A stretch of DNA of 40,494 nucleotides, from the IMG/VR virus record IMGVR_UViG_3300045988_104813; one strand, written 5' to 3'. Positions 1 through 8,431 of this stretch are shown here, piece by piece (position 1 is the stretch's first letter; each line of letters begins with the position of its first letter). Both the position numbers and the translations under genes were made by a program. The notes beneath the pieces are model-generated. The model did not search any database. It worked only from the letters and a program-made list of their open reading frames with translations, and was not told where the DNA came from. This DNA is from a virus.

Positions 1-55
1 AATGAACACAATAGGAATTGCACTGATTAGTTTCGGTATCGGACTAATCATAAGT
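1..55. repeat. Exact 55-bp terminal direct repeat, copy 1 (identical to 40440-40494); most likely an assembly overlap of a circular molecule
   Basis: Read directly: bases 1-55 = 40440-40494. Confidence 0.9.
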
Positions 56-115
56 TGGAAATTGGCAGAAAGGGACAGGAAGAATGCTAAAAAGAAAACC
101 AAAAACAGAGAATGA
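2..115 (+). CDS. Small 37-aa membrane peptide (MNTIGIALISFGIGLIISWKLAERDRKNAKKKTKNRE); one TM helix plus a basic tail; its RBS lies at the other end of the window
   Basis: ATG at 2 (same ATG as 40441); strong SD AGAGAGG at about 40428-40436 only if the sequence is circular; hydrophobic core; below the 60-aa track cut-off. Confidence 0.35.
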   Translation: MNTIGIALISFGIGLIISWKLAERDRKNAKKKTKNRE

Positions 116-225
116 GAAAACGGAAGAATATTTCCACAGAGAAGTATTTCCGATGATTAACGCATTCGCCAAGGAGTGCAGAGGACACGCAAAACAGAAA
201 ATAACGGTGAAAGGAATATTTTCAA

Positions 226-399
226 ATGAACAAATATGTAGTAATGACGGGCAGAGATGATGTAGTGGTTTTAAACGCCGATGACAACAAGTCGGTTAAG
301 GCATACATAGCAAAAGGATACGGCATAACAAACCGCATTAAAGCAAAGTATCCGCTTGAAATGAGTGTCACAAAGATTATCGGAGGAGAGAAACAATGA
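226..399 (+). CDS. Hypothetical small protein (about 57 aa); stop overlaps the ATG of the next gene (ATGA)
   Basis: AAAGGAA RBS upstream; frame supported indirectly by the track; exact frame around 355-365 uncertain in my reading. Confidence 0.3.
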   Translation: MNKYVVMTGRDDVVVLNADDNKSVKAYIAKGYGITNRIKAKYPLEMSVTKIIGGEKQ

Positions 400-692
400 C
401 AGCAAAGCAAATAACAGAATTGCACGATTTGTGTTTGCAGATTAATTTATTTGCAGAAAGACATAATCAAGCACCTATTGCTATGTATCATATGATAGGT
501 GATGAAAATCCATTTACAACTATGATATGTATAGAAATATATCAAACTGAACCGTTCAATATAATCAAAACATTTACATTTTCAACGGATACTATTTCGA
601 CCGAAGACGTAAAAGGAAGATATTACAGATTAGTTAAGAAGTATTTGAAAGATTTAGTCAAAAAGAATGTAGAGGTAAAAGAGAATGAATGA
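396..692 (+). CDS. Hypothetical early protein
   Basis: Track ORF; GGAGGAG RBS; co-oriented early operon. Confidence 0.5.
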   Translation: MTAKQITELHDLCLQINLFAERHNQAPIAMYHMIGDENPFTTMICIEIYQTEPFNIIKTFTFSTDTISTEDVKGRYYRLVKKYLKDLVKKNVEVKENE

Positions 693-855
693 CGAAGTAG
701 AGAACTACAATAATGAAGAATTTATCGAGATATTAACCGCACTTGGCAGTAACACAAAAATATTGATTAATGGTAGTGCCGATTTTGAAATACGCCATTC
801 GTGGAATAATGGTGAGCCGTATATCAATATTGTTGTAAAAGAAAAAGACCGTTAG
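685..855 (+). CDS. Hypothetical small protein (56 aa, MNDEVENYNNEEF...)
   Basis: ATG overlaps the stop of the upstream ORF (ATGAATGA); below the track cut-off. Confidence 0.3.
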   Translation: MNDEVENYNNEEFIEILTALGSNTKILINGSADFEIRHSWNNGEPYINIVVKEKDR

Positions 856-886
856 AGCTGGCACTCGTAAACGGTCAAAGGTAATT

Positions 887-904
887 ACATAGATTAATCT
901 ATGT
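887..904. promoter_or_regulatory. Perfect 18-bp palindrome ACATAGATTAATCTATGT in an AT-rich intergenic region; candidate operator overlapping promoter-like hexamers
   Basis: Read directly; lies between two early genes. Confidence 0.4.
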
Positions 905-958
905 TTTACATATATTATACCACAAAAAAATAAAAAATCAAGAAAGGAATGATAAAAA

Positions 959-1315
959 GTGGGTAATGCAAATTTATTAGAGGTCGCTCGTGGCGCAATC
1001 GGTGAAAGATTGGACTATGAACTGGGAAAGGTTGTTGATAATATCAGCGACCTAAACACAAAAGCGGACGCAGTAAGAAAGATAACATTGACGTTATCAC
1101 TAAAGCCGGACAGCGAGCGACAGAACATAAAAATGTCGACACAGGTAAAATCAACATTGACACCAACGAACAACATTGAAAGCGCGTTGTATTTGACGGA
1201 ATCAGACGAGGGCAAAGCATTAGTCGAAATGTTGCCACAAGTACCGGGACAAATGGCATTAGATGGCTCGGAGCAAGACGAGCCAAAGATTATAGCGATT
1301 AAGAAAGCAATGTAA
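959..1315 (+). CDS. Hypothetical protein (GTG start)
   Basis: Track ORF; RBS AAAGGAATG upstream. Confidence 0.45.
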   Translation: MGNANLLEVARGAIGERLDYELGKVVDNISDLNTKADAVRKITLTLSLKPDSERQNIKMSTQVKSTLTPTNNIESALYLTESDEGKALVEMLPQVPGQMALDGSEQDEPKIIAIKKAM

Positions 1316-1335
1316 TTTAAAGGAGGATAAAGATA

Positions 1336-2037
1336 ATGATTAACAAAGAGTTTATTGAAAAAATCGAGGATATGACAGGACCAAAGGTGATTGAAACCGA
1401 CCATGGCGCATTTTCAGACAAGCAACTACACAGAATTGAGGACAGATTGATTGATACAACCAAGTTGTCAAGTCTAAGTGGTTTAGTCACTATGATGAAA
1501 CAAGAAATGGACAATTATGATAAGCCATTATTCGTCAGAGTGGTATCACCGGAGCAGGTTGATGTATTGGGTACGGTCAGATATGATATGCAACGTGAAA
1601 GACCATATGTTGCATATGCAAAATTCAATAGCTTTGACTTCGACAGTTATATGAGCATTGAAAATATGATTATCTGCCTAAAGTCACGTTTTGCACCGAC
1701 AGAGGACAGAGATTATCTTGTACAGTTACTCGGCAACATTACCGATCAACAATCAGTTCAGACGAAAGATGACGGTATAACACAATCGGCAACCGTCAAG
1801 AGCGGTATTCAGCTGGTTGGCGAACAGAGAATAAAACCGATTGTTTCGCTAAAGCCATACAGAACGTTTTTAGAGGTAGAACAACCAGAAAGCGACTTCC
1901 TAATTAGATTAAAAGACGGAAGTGCGGCACTGTTTGAGGCAGACGGTGGAGCTTGGGAACGTGAGGCAGTAAAAAATATTGCGGACAAGCTAAGAGAACT
2001 ACTTGCCGATGTTCAAAATGTACATATAATCGAATAA
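1336..2037 (+). CDS. Hypothetical protein (233 aa) upstream of the recombination module
   Basis: Track ORF; RBS AAGGAGGA. Confidence 0.6.
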   Translation: MINKEFIEKIEDMTGPKVIETDHGAFSDKQLHRIEDRLIDTTKLSSLSGLVTMMKQEMDNYDKPLFVRVVSPEQVDVLGTVRYDMQRERPYVAYAKFNSFDFDSYMSIENMIICLKSRFAPTEDRDYLVQLLGNITDQQSVQTKDDGITQSATVKSGIQLVGEQRIKPIVSLKPYRTFLEVEQPESDFLIRLKDGSAALFEADGGAWEREAVKNIADKLRELLADVQNVHIIE

Positions 2038-2044
2038 TAAAAAA

Positions 2045-2068
2045 GCGGGGGAATTTAATTTCCCCCGC
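2045..2068. terminator. GC-rich hairpin GCGGGGGAA-loop-TTCCCCCGC after the 1336 gene; weak T-tract
   Basis: Inverted repeat read directly. Confidence 0.3.
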
Positions 2069-2133
2069 AATACCGTTCAACGGCATATATTATAACACGC
2101 TTATATCTTAACACATAGAAAGGAAAATGTCAA

Positions 2134-2610
2134 ATGAACATATACGAAATAGACAATGCAATGTTTTCTTTAATTGACGAAGAAACAGGCGAAATAAAGG
2201 ATTACGAGGCATTTGAAGAACTACAAATGCAGAGAGAAGAAAAAATCGAAAATACAGCGTTATGGTATAAAAATCTTGTAGCCGAGAGCAAAGCTATAAG
2301 AGAAGAAGAAAAAGCACTTGCGGAACGTCGTAAGTCGTTGGAAAACAAGGCTGAAAATCTGAAGAATTTCATAAATCGAACATTGCAAGGTAATAAATTC
2401 GCTACTCCAAAAGTGGCGATAAGTTACAGAAAGTCAACGGCGGTGGAAGTTGATGACGAATTTATCGACTATGCAATGAAGAACAACAGTGACTTACTGA
2501 CATATAAGCAACCTGAGCCGAACAAAGCGGTCATTAAGGAAATGTTGCAGGGCGGTTTTGATATTCCGCACGCAGAGTTGACCGTGAGAAACAACATGAG
2601 TATAAAATAA
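2134..2610 (+). CDS. Siphovirus Gp157-like protein (recombination/replication-module accessory)
   Basis: N-terminal MNIYEIDN..F..L..E and ISYRKS motif recalled from Gp157-family proteins; position just upstream of a Sak4-like ATPase. Confidence 0.45.
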   Translation: MNIYEIDNAMFSLIDEETGEIKDYEAFEELQMQREEKIENTALWYKNLVAESKAIREEEKALAERRKSLENKAENLKNFINRTLQGNKFATPKVAISYRKSTAVEVDDEFIDYAMKNNSDLLTYKQPEPNKAVIKEMLQGGFDIPHAELTVRNNMSIK

Positions 2611-2613
2611 GGA

Positions 2614-3258
2614 GTGATACATATGGGAATACCGGTTTTAATTATGGGCGAAAGCGGTAGCGGAAAAAGTGCAAGTATGAGAAATATGGTACCTGAAAAG
2701 GTAGGTGTATTCAATGTTGCAGGGAAACCATTACCGTTTAAAAATGGCAAAAATTTTAAAACTGCTGACAATCCGTCATACAAAACAATAATGAACAGTT
2801 TGAAAAATGCAAAGCTAAAATGCTATGTGATAGATGACAGTCAATATTTAATGGCATTTGATTTTTTTAACAAATCTAAAGAAGTAGGTTATCAGAAGTT
2901 TACCGAAATAGGATATAACTTTGAGCAACTAATACGAACAGTGCAGACTGATACACCGCACGACTGCATTGTATATTTTCTGCACCATACAGAACAGATG
3001 CCTAACGGAAGTCTTAAGGCGAAAACAATCGGCAAAATGCTTGATGAAAAATTAACGGTTGAGGGATTATTCAGTATTGTTTTGATGTGTGTTGCAGATG
3101 AAAACAAACATGTATTTTTAACACAATCAAACGGAATAAGTACGGCAAAGTCGCCTATGGATATGTTTGATTTAGAGATTGATAATGATTTAAAAATGGT
3201 TGATGAAACAATAAGGGAATATTACGGACTGAATGAGGAGGATAAAAATAATGAATAA
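2614..3258 (+). CDS. Sak4-like RecA-core ATPase (AAA_24-type), putative single-strand annealing/recombination protein
   Basis: Walker A GESGSGKS near the N-terminus; about 214 aa; between Gp157-like and SSB-like genes. Confidence 0.6.
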   Translation: MIHMGIPVLIMGESGSGKSASMRNMVPEKVGVFNVAGKPLPFKNGKNFKTADNPSYKTIMNSLKNAKLKCYVIDDSQYLMAFDFFNKSKEVGYQKFTEIGYNFEQLIRTVQTDTPHDCIVYFLHHTEQMPNGSLKAKTIGKMLDEKLTVEGLFSIVLMCVADENKHVFLTQSNGISTAKSPMDMFDLEIDNDLKMVDETIREYYGLNEEDKNNE

Positions 3259-3814
3259 AATACAAGGATATGACGAAGCACAATCGTACACAGGTGAGAG
3301 CAGAACATTGCCGGCAGGTAAATATATCTGCGAAATCAAGGGTGCAAAAGAGGTTGAAACCAAAAACGGTAAGAAACAGTTGGTATTGCAACTGGATATT
3401 GCAGAGGGCGAATATAAAGACCATTACAGTAATCTATATGCGGCGAATGCTGAAAGAAACGGAACGAACGCAAAATGGAACAACGGAGGACTTTTCAGAC
3501 AAGGATACGAGGGTAAACAATTACCATTTTTTAAAGGTATGATAAGTTGTATTGAAAAAAGCAATGAGGGCTATGAATGGAATTGGGACGAAAAAACGCT
3601 TAAGGGTAAGAAAATAGGTGTATTGTTTGGACGTGAACAATACCTGATGAACGGTCAAAAAAAATGGGCGACTAAGGCAAGAGCGGTAAGAAGTATCAAA
3701 GGATTGGAAATGTCCGAAATTCCACAGGATAAACTACTTGATGGAAGTACATCGGGATTTGATACAAGCGGATTTGATGATGAGGACGAATCGGAAGAAG
3801 ATTTGCCGTTTTAA
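3251..3814 (+). CDS. Putative ssDNA-binding protein with SSB-like acidic C-terminal tail (…DEDESEEDLPF)
   Basis: Start moved to ATG 3251 (GAGGAGG RBS, 8-nt overlap with upstream stop); acidic tail ending in LPF resembles the SSB C-terminal interaction tip. Confidence 0.5.
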   Translation: MNKIQGYDEAQSYTGESRTLPAGKYICEIKGAKEVETKNGKKQLVLQLDIAEGEYKDHYSNLYAANAERNGTNAKWNNGGLFRQGYEGKQLPFFKGMISCIEKSNEGYEWNWDEKTLKGKKIGVLFGREQYLMNGQKKWATKARAVRSIKGLEMSEIPQDKLLDGSTSGFDTSGFDDEDESEEDLPF

Positions 3815-3827
3815 TATAGGTTAAGGA

Positions 3828-5693
3828 ATGGGTGCTATGGAGAATGAAAACAGAATAACGATACCCGATTTCAGTAAGGACGATTTTTTAATATCATCAA
3901 AACCGTTTCAATGGATAATAGACCAAGCTGACGGCAACGAGTTCATCAAAGGTCAGCTTGTGGCGCAAATGGCGGACAAAGCGAAAGAACTTGATGTATC
4001 AAACTTTCGGACGCAATTCAAAAACTACGTCAGAGCGCAAAAGGGTCAAAGCATTGTTTACGGCAACGTAATGGAGTTCAGTGGCACTGCAATAATGTGG
4101 GATACAGGCGAATGGATAGCAACTGATGACGGAGTGTATAGGTTTAAAGGACAGTTCAGCGAAAAAGTGACGGCGTGTCCACACCCGATATTTATGATAA
4201 CAAGATATTCAAATGTAGATACTGATGTTGAAAGTGTGCAACTTGTTTACGGCAGACCGGGACGAAATTACAAAACTAAAATCGTCCCACGTTCTGACCT
4301 TGCAAGTGCGAATAAAATCGTAAAATTAGCTGAATACGGTGTCGGTGTAACATCGGAAAACGCAAAGGCACTTGTACAGTTTTTAAGTGATTTTGAAAGT
4401 ATAAATTACGACAAAATAATCGAAAAGAAATCGTGCGATCATATGGGTTGGGTAGGCAGAGGATTTAAAGAATTTGCACCGTATATATCAGATTTGGAGT
4501 TTGAGGGACAGGACAGTTTCAGACAGTTATTTAATTCGGTAAGAGAGGTCGGCAGTTATGAAAAATGGCTTAAAACAATCAGAGATTACCGCAAAAACGG
4601 TAATATAGTTGTTCGCATGGTTATGGCGGCGAGTTTTGCGAGTGTACTGTTAAAACCGCTTGGAGCATTGCCGTTCTTCGTTCACCTATGGGGCGATACA
4701 GAAACGGGTAAATCGGTTGCGCTACTTGCGGCAGTGTCTGTATGGGCTGAGCCGGTTATCGGTAAATATGCCTATACATTCAATTCTACTGATGTAGGTA
4801 ATGAATTATATGCGGCGTGTTTAAATTCACTGCCGTTATGTATGGACGAATTGCAGATACTGAATAAACGTTCGGATTTTGATGATATAATATATCGTCT
4901 GTGCGAGGGTACAGGACGTTTACGCGGTAAAAAAGATGGTGGTATACAAAATATTAAGACGTGGCGAAATTGTATTATAACCACAGGCGAACGCCCGATA
5001 ACGTCAATGTCTTCCGGTGGCGGTGCGGTCAATCGTGTTATTGAAATAGAATGTAACGGCGGTAAGTTCTTCAAAAATCCGAGAGAATTTTGCAGAACGA
5101 TACAGTCAAGCTATGGTCACGCAGGCAAAGTATTTGTTGAGAATTTGACCGAAAATCTTGCAGAGGCAAGAGAATTACACGAAAAATACATAAAGCTGTT
5201 AGAGGACAATACGGACGCCACAGACAAACAAATTGCGTCAGCGGCGGCATTATTAACCGCTGATGAACTGTCTGAACGTTGGATATTTAATGACGGTATA
5301 AGAATAGGCATAGATGATATTAAGCCATATTTACAGACAAAGGATATGCTGAACGTCAACAGACGTGCCTATGACTATTTGCGTGAAGAAGTTATTTCTA
5401 ACTATAACAATTTTAAAAACAATGATAACGAGTGTTGGGGAATTGCTAAAGAAGGTTATATATATATTTTGCGAAACAAATTCAATGCAATATTGCAAAG
5501 CGGAAATTTCAATCCACAATCGACGCTTTCGTGGATGGCGAGAAACGGTAAGCTTGCAAAAACAGACGGTCGCAATCTTTCTGTTAAAGTGCAGATAAAC
5601 GGTACAAGAATACGTTGTATTTGCTTGCACGAAGATGATGGAGAGTTTACAGAAATGGATATTGATGATGAAGATTTGCCATTTGATATTTAA
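3828..5693 (+). CDS. Large replication protein: P-loop NTPase/helicase-like (Walker A GDTETGKS; DUF927/VirE/D5-like class) with an acidic C-terminal tail (…DIDDEDLPFDI)
   Basis: Track ORF, 621 aa; Walker A read directly; followed immediately by an iteron/AT-rich region. Confidence 0.55.
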   Translation: MGAMENENRITIPDFSKDDFLISSKPFQWIIDQADGNEFIKGQLVAQMADKAKELDVSNFRTQFKNYVRAQKGQSIVYGNVMEFSGTAIMWDTGEWIATDDGVYRFKGQFSEKVTACPHPIFMITRYSNVDTDVESVQLVYGRPGRNYKTKIVPRSDLASANKIVKLAEYGVGVTSENAKALVQFLSDFESINYDKIIEKKSCDHMGWVGRGFKEFAPYISDLEFEGQDSFRQLFNSVREVGSYEKWLKTIRDYRKNGNIVVRMVMAASFASVLLKPLGALPFFVHLWGDTETGKSVALLAAVSVWAEPVIGKYAYTFNSTDVGNELYAACLNSLPLCMDELQILNKRSDFDDIIYRLCEGTGRLRGKKDGGIQNIKTWRNCIITTGERPITSMSSGGGAVNRVIEIECNGGKFFKNPREFCRTIQSSYGHAGKVFVENLTENLAEARELHEKYIKLLEDNTDATDKQIASAAALLTADELSERWIFNDGIRIGIDDIKPYLQTKDMLNVNRRAYDYLREEVISNYNNFKNNDNECWGIAKEGYIYILRNKFNAILQSGNFNPQSTLSWMARNGKLAKTDGRNLSVKVQINGTRIRCICLHEDDGEFTEMDIDDEDLPFDI

Positions 5694-5922
5694 AATAACC
5701 GCCCTAACTGCCCTACAAAACCGACGTAAAACAATATGTGTATATTATAGAATATTTTTTTGAATTATTTATAATTAATAATTTTTATAAAAATAAAAAA
5801 GTATAAAAATGTGTAGGGCGGTAGGGCATTGGATAAAAAAATGTGTAATAATGCGGTCTAAAATATGCCCGACATTAAATTTTTGAAATTAGGGCAATAG
5901 GGCATATATAAGGAGTTAAACA
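5694..5922. promoter_or_regulatory. Candidate replication origin: three paired GCCCTA/TAGGGC iterons flanking a roughly 75-bp AT-rich stretch
   Basis: Iteron pairs at about 5701-5715 (+), 5814-5827 (-), 5890-5903 (-); AT-rich 5733-5810; directly downstream of the helicase-like gene. Confidence 0.5.
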
Positions 5923-7173
5923 ATGAAATTATTTGATTATCAAGAAAAAGCACTTGCATTAACGAGTGATAAAGACAATTCGGCATTTTACTATGATATG
6001 GGTTTAGGTAAGACATTTATAGGCAGTGAACGAATGCGATTATACGGTGAACGTGTGAATGTAGTCGTGTGTCAGAAGTCTAAAATCAAGGATTGGTACG
6101 AACATTTCAAAGAACATTATACAGATTATGCGGTATTTGATTTGACGAACAAAAAAGATATGCAGGCATTTATGACATATCCGATATACAAATGTATCGG
6201 TATTATAAATTACGAACTGGCATACAGACGTGAAGAATTAAAACAATTAACGAATTTTACAATGATGTTAGATGAAAGTTCGATGATTAAGAATGAAACT
6301 GCAAAACGTACGAAGTTTATACTTTCACTGAAACCGTCACATACAATATTGTTATCCGGTACACCGACAGACGGCAAGTATGAGTTCCTGTATTCGCAAT
6401 TACGCTTGTTAGGTTGGAAGATTACCAAAACGGCATATTATAACCGATACATAAAAACGGAATTGCGAAGTTACGGCGGTCCAATGTTCAGAGTAGTTAC
6501 AGGATACAAGAATGTAAGCGAATTAAAGGCAAAACTAAAGGAATACGGAGTGGTATTTGCTAAGGCAGAAGAAGTTATTAAGTTACCTGAAAAGAAGTTT
6601 ATCAAGGAATATTCGACTGTTTCATCAGACTATAAAAAGTTTATGAAAGACCGAGTAATCAAGATAGACGATAAGGAATTGACAGGCGACAGTACATTGT
6701 CAAAAAGACTGTATGCAAGAATGTTATGCAGTGCATATAGCAAAGACAAAATATCGCGATTAATTGATTTAGTTAATTCTACATCTGACAGGGTTATTAT
6801 ATTCTACAATTTCAATACCGAACTTGAAGCATTAAGAAAAGTGCTGTTTGATAGACCAATAAGCATAGTAAACGGACAAGTTAAGGACCTAAAGGAATAC
6901 GAAAATAACGATAATTCAGTTACATTGATACAATATCAAGCCGGAGCTATGGGATTAAATTTGCAAAAGGCGAACAGAATTATATATTTTTCTCTGCCGG
7001 AACGTTCGGAACTGTTTGAGCAATCAAAAGCGAGGATATGCCGTATCGGTCAAGAAAAACAATGCTATTATCACATAATGATGTGTCATAAGAGCGTGGA
7101 AGAAAAGATATATGAGTGTCTGTTAATGCGAAAAGATTATACAGACGAATTATTCAGAAAGGAATTTGGCTGA
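5923..7173 (+). CDS. SNF2/DEAD-like superfamily II helicase
   Basis: Motif I YDMGLGKT, motif III LLSGTP; classic phage partner of VRR-NUC. Confidence 0.8.
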   Translation: MKLFDYQEKALALTSDKDNSAFYYDMGLGKTFIGSERMRLYGERVNVVVCQKSKIKDWYEHFKEHYTDYAVFDLTNKKDMQAFMTYPIYKCIGIINYELAYRREELKQLTNFTMMLDESSMIKNETAKRTKFILSLKPSHTILLSGTPTDGKYEFLYSQLRLLGWKITKTAYYNRYIKTELRSYGGPMFRVVTGYKNVSELKAKLKEYGVVFAKAEEVIKLPEKKFIKEYSTVSSDYKKFMKDRVIKIDDKELTGDSTLSKRLYARMLCSAYSKDKISRLIDLVNSTSDRVIIFYNFNTELEALRKVLFDRPISIVNGQVKDLKEYENNDNSVTLIQYQAGAMGLNLQKANRIIYFSLPERSELFEQSKARICRIGQEKQCYYHIMMCHKSVEEKIYECLLMRKDYTDELFRKEFG

Positions 7174-7469
7174 TGGCAGAGGAAAAGAATTTTGAAAACC
7201 GAGTTAAGCAATGGCTTAGAAGTAAAGGCTGTTATGTGGTTAAATATTATGGTTGCGGAGGTACAAGAGCGGGCGTTCCTGATTTAATTGTATGTGCAAA
7301 TGGTAGATTTATCGGTGTTGAAATTAAAGCTGAACACGGTAAGCTTGCACCGCTACAACGTAGTCATTTAGATAAAATATTAACTTCCGGCGGTGCGGTA
7401 GCAGTGATTAGACCGTCAGAATTTGACGGGTTTAAGAAATTCATTGAGGAAGTGTTGAATGATGATTGA
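7173..7469 (+). CDS. VRR-NUC domain nuclease (PD-(D/E)xK)
   Basis: GVPDLIV…GVEIK motif; start moved to ATG 7173 overlapping the helicase stop (TGATG); AAAGGAA RBS. Confidence 0.75.
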   Translation: MAEEKNFENRVKQWLRSKGCYVVKYYGCGGTRAGVPDLIVCANGRFIGVEIKAEHGKLAPLQRSHLDKILTSGGAVAVIRPSEFDGFKKFIEEVLNDD

Positions 7470-7716
7470 TAAAGCTACAAGAAATAAGCTGAAAGCTAAG
7501 GCAAACGAATTGTCGGATATATGTGTAACCGATGGCGAAAAGTTTGCAAAATGCTATGATGATATGTATAACAGTGGTGAATTTAATTGCGGGGAATGTT
7601 TCATCATAGCACGATTAGCTGATTTATATACTGCAATAAAACAGGGCATTATTGATAAAAATGACGGTGCTAAACAGCAAAGTGAGATATTTAAGGTGAT
7701 TGAATTGGAGGAATAG
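7459..7716 (+). CDS. Hypothetical protein (85 aa, Cys-containing)
   Basis: Track ORF. Confidence 0.45.
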   Translation: MMIDKATRNKLKAKANELSDICVTDGEKFAKCYDDMYNSGEFNCGECFIIARLADLYTAIKQGIIDKNDGAKQQSEIFKVIELEE

Positions 7717-7720
7717 AGTA

Positions 7721-8299
7721 ATGAGAACAGAACAATTTGAAGAAGTTATAAACAACCGCATAGAAACGTGTAAAAGCGTTCTATGCAGTAAAGCAGAAGA
7801 ATACGCAACCGATGATAGATTACATAATTTCAAAGTGGCAGGCGAATTGCAGAAATGCACAGCGGTTAAAGCGTTAGGCGGTATGATGGCAAAGCATACT
7901 GTCAGCGTGTATGATTTGATTGACGATTACGAACAGGGCAAGGCAATATCAAAAGAAATGTGGGCTGAAAAGATAGGTGACAGTATAAATTATCTGCTGT
8001 TACTTACGGCGCTGTTGGAGGAAGATAAAAATTTTGAGCCGATGAAAAGAGAAATGACATACGAACAAACAATAGAGGTTATTACAAATGCTATACAAAA
8101 AGACGAAATGACTGTCGAACGAGATATGGCATTGGCTATTGTACAAAAAACATTAAAAAAACAAATTCCCAAAAAAATAGAATTCGACGGCAATCAACTC
8201 ATTTGTCCTAATTGCGGCAATGGTACAGATATATTATTTGGCGATAAATATTGCGTTGAATGCGGACAGCATTTAGATTGGAGTTGGGCGATTCAATGA
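7721..8299 (+). CDS. Hypothetical protein with C-terminal CxxC…CxxC zinc ribbon; N-terminal region possibly MazG-like NTP pyrophosphohydrolase
   Basis: Start moved to ATG 7721 (GGAGGAA RBS); helices with EE…GEL and DSINYLLLLTALLEE resemble MazG signatures (weak); CPNCG…CVECG read directly. Confidence 0.4.
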   Translation: MRTEQFEEVINNRIETCKSVLCSKAEEYATDDRLHNFKVAGELQKCTAVKALGGMMAKHTVSVYDLIDDYEQGKAISKEMWAEKIGDSINYLLLLTALLEEDKNFEPMKREMTYEQTIEVITNAIQKDEMTVERDMALAIVQKTLKKQIPKKIEFDGNQLICPNCGNGTDILFGDKYCVECGQHLDWSWAIQ

Positions 8300-8431
8300 G
8301 CAAAAAGTATAAGGGATTTAAGGGTAGCGGCTACAACAAAAAGTCGCTACCGTAAAACGTTGCTGAAAATTATAAAAAAGGCAATGGCGAGCAAGTTGGA
8401 AATTGATTGTAAGTATTGAGGAGGATGCATA

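Noticed and set aside
1-55. The 55-bp terminal repeats as attL/attR of an integrated prophage
   Set aside because: Integrase is 2.7 kb from one end and adjacent to the lysis genes, and there is no host-like DNA beyond the repeats. The gene order is that of the circular form, so the repeat is better explained as an assembly overlap.
225-692. A single long ORF merging the 57-aa ORF with ORF 396-692
   Set aside because: My base-by-base reading around 355-365 was ambiguous by one nucleotide. The ORF track's minus-strand ORF 222-425 is only self-consistent if the two + ORFs are in different frames, so I kept them separate and flagged the small ORF as low confidence.
1015-1514. Minus-strand ORFs (1015-1404, 1044-1286, 1317-1514) overlapping + strand genes
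   Set aside because: They lie antisense inside well-supported + strand genes of a uniformly co-oriented operon, have no RBS and a low-complexity character; treated as frame shadows. The same applies to most other minus-strand track ORFs between 400 and 36600 except 30032-30559.
3270-3542. Alternative-frame + ORF inside the SSB-like gene
   Set aside because: Fully embedded in a better-supported frame that has an RBS and a characteristic SSB-like C-terminal tail.
8296-8355. 19-aa basic micro-ORF (MSKKYKGFKGSGYNKKSLP) overlapping the stop of ORF 7721-8299, followed by the GGTAGCGGC…GTCGCTACC hairpin
   Set aside because: Too short and no RBS. The hairpin lacks a T-tract; more likely a simple intergenic stem-loop.
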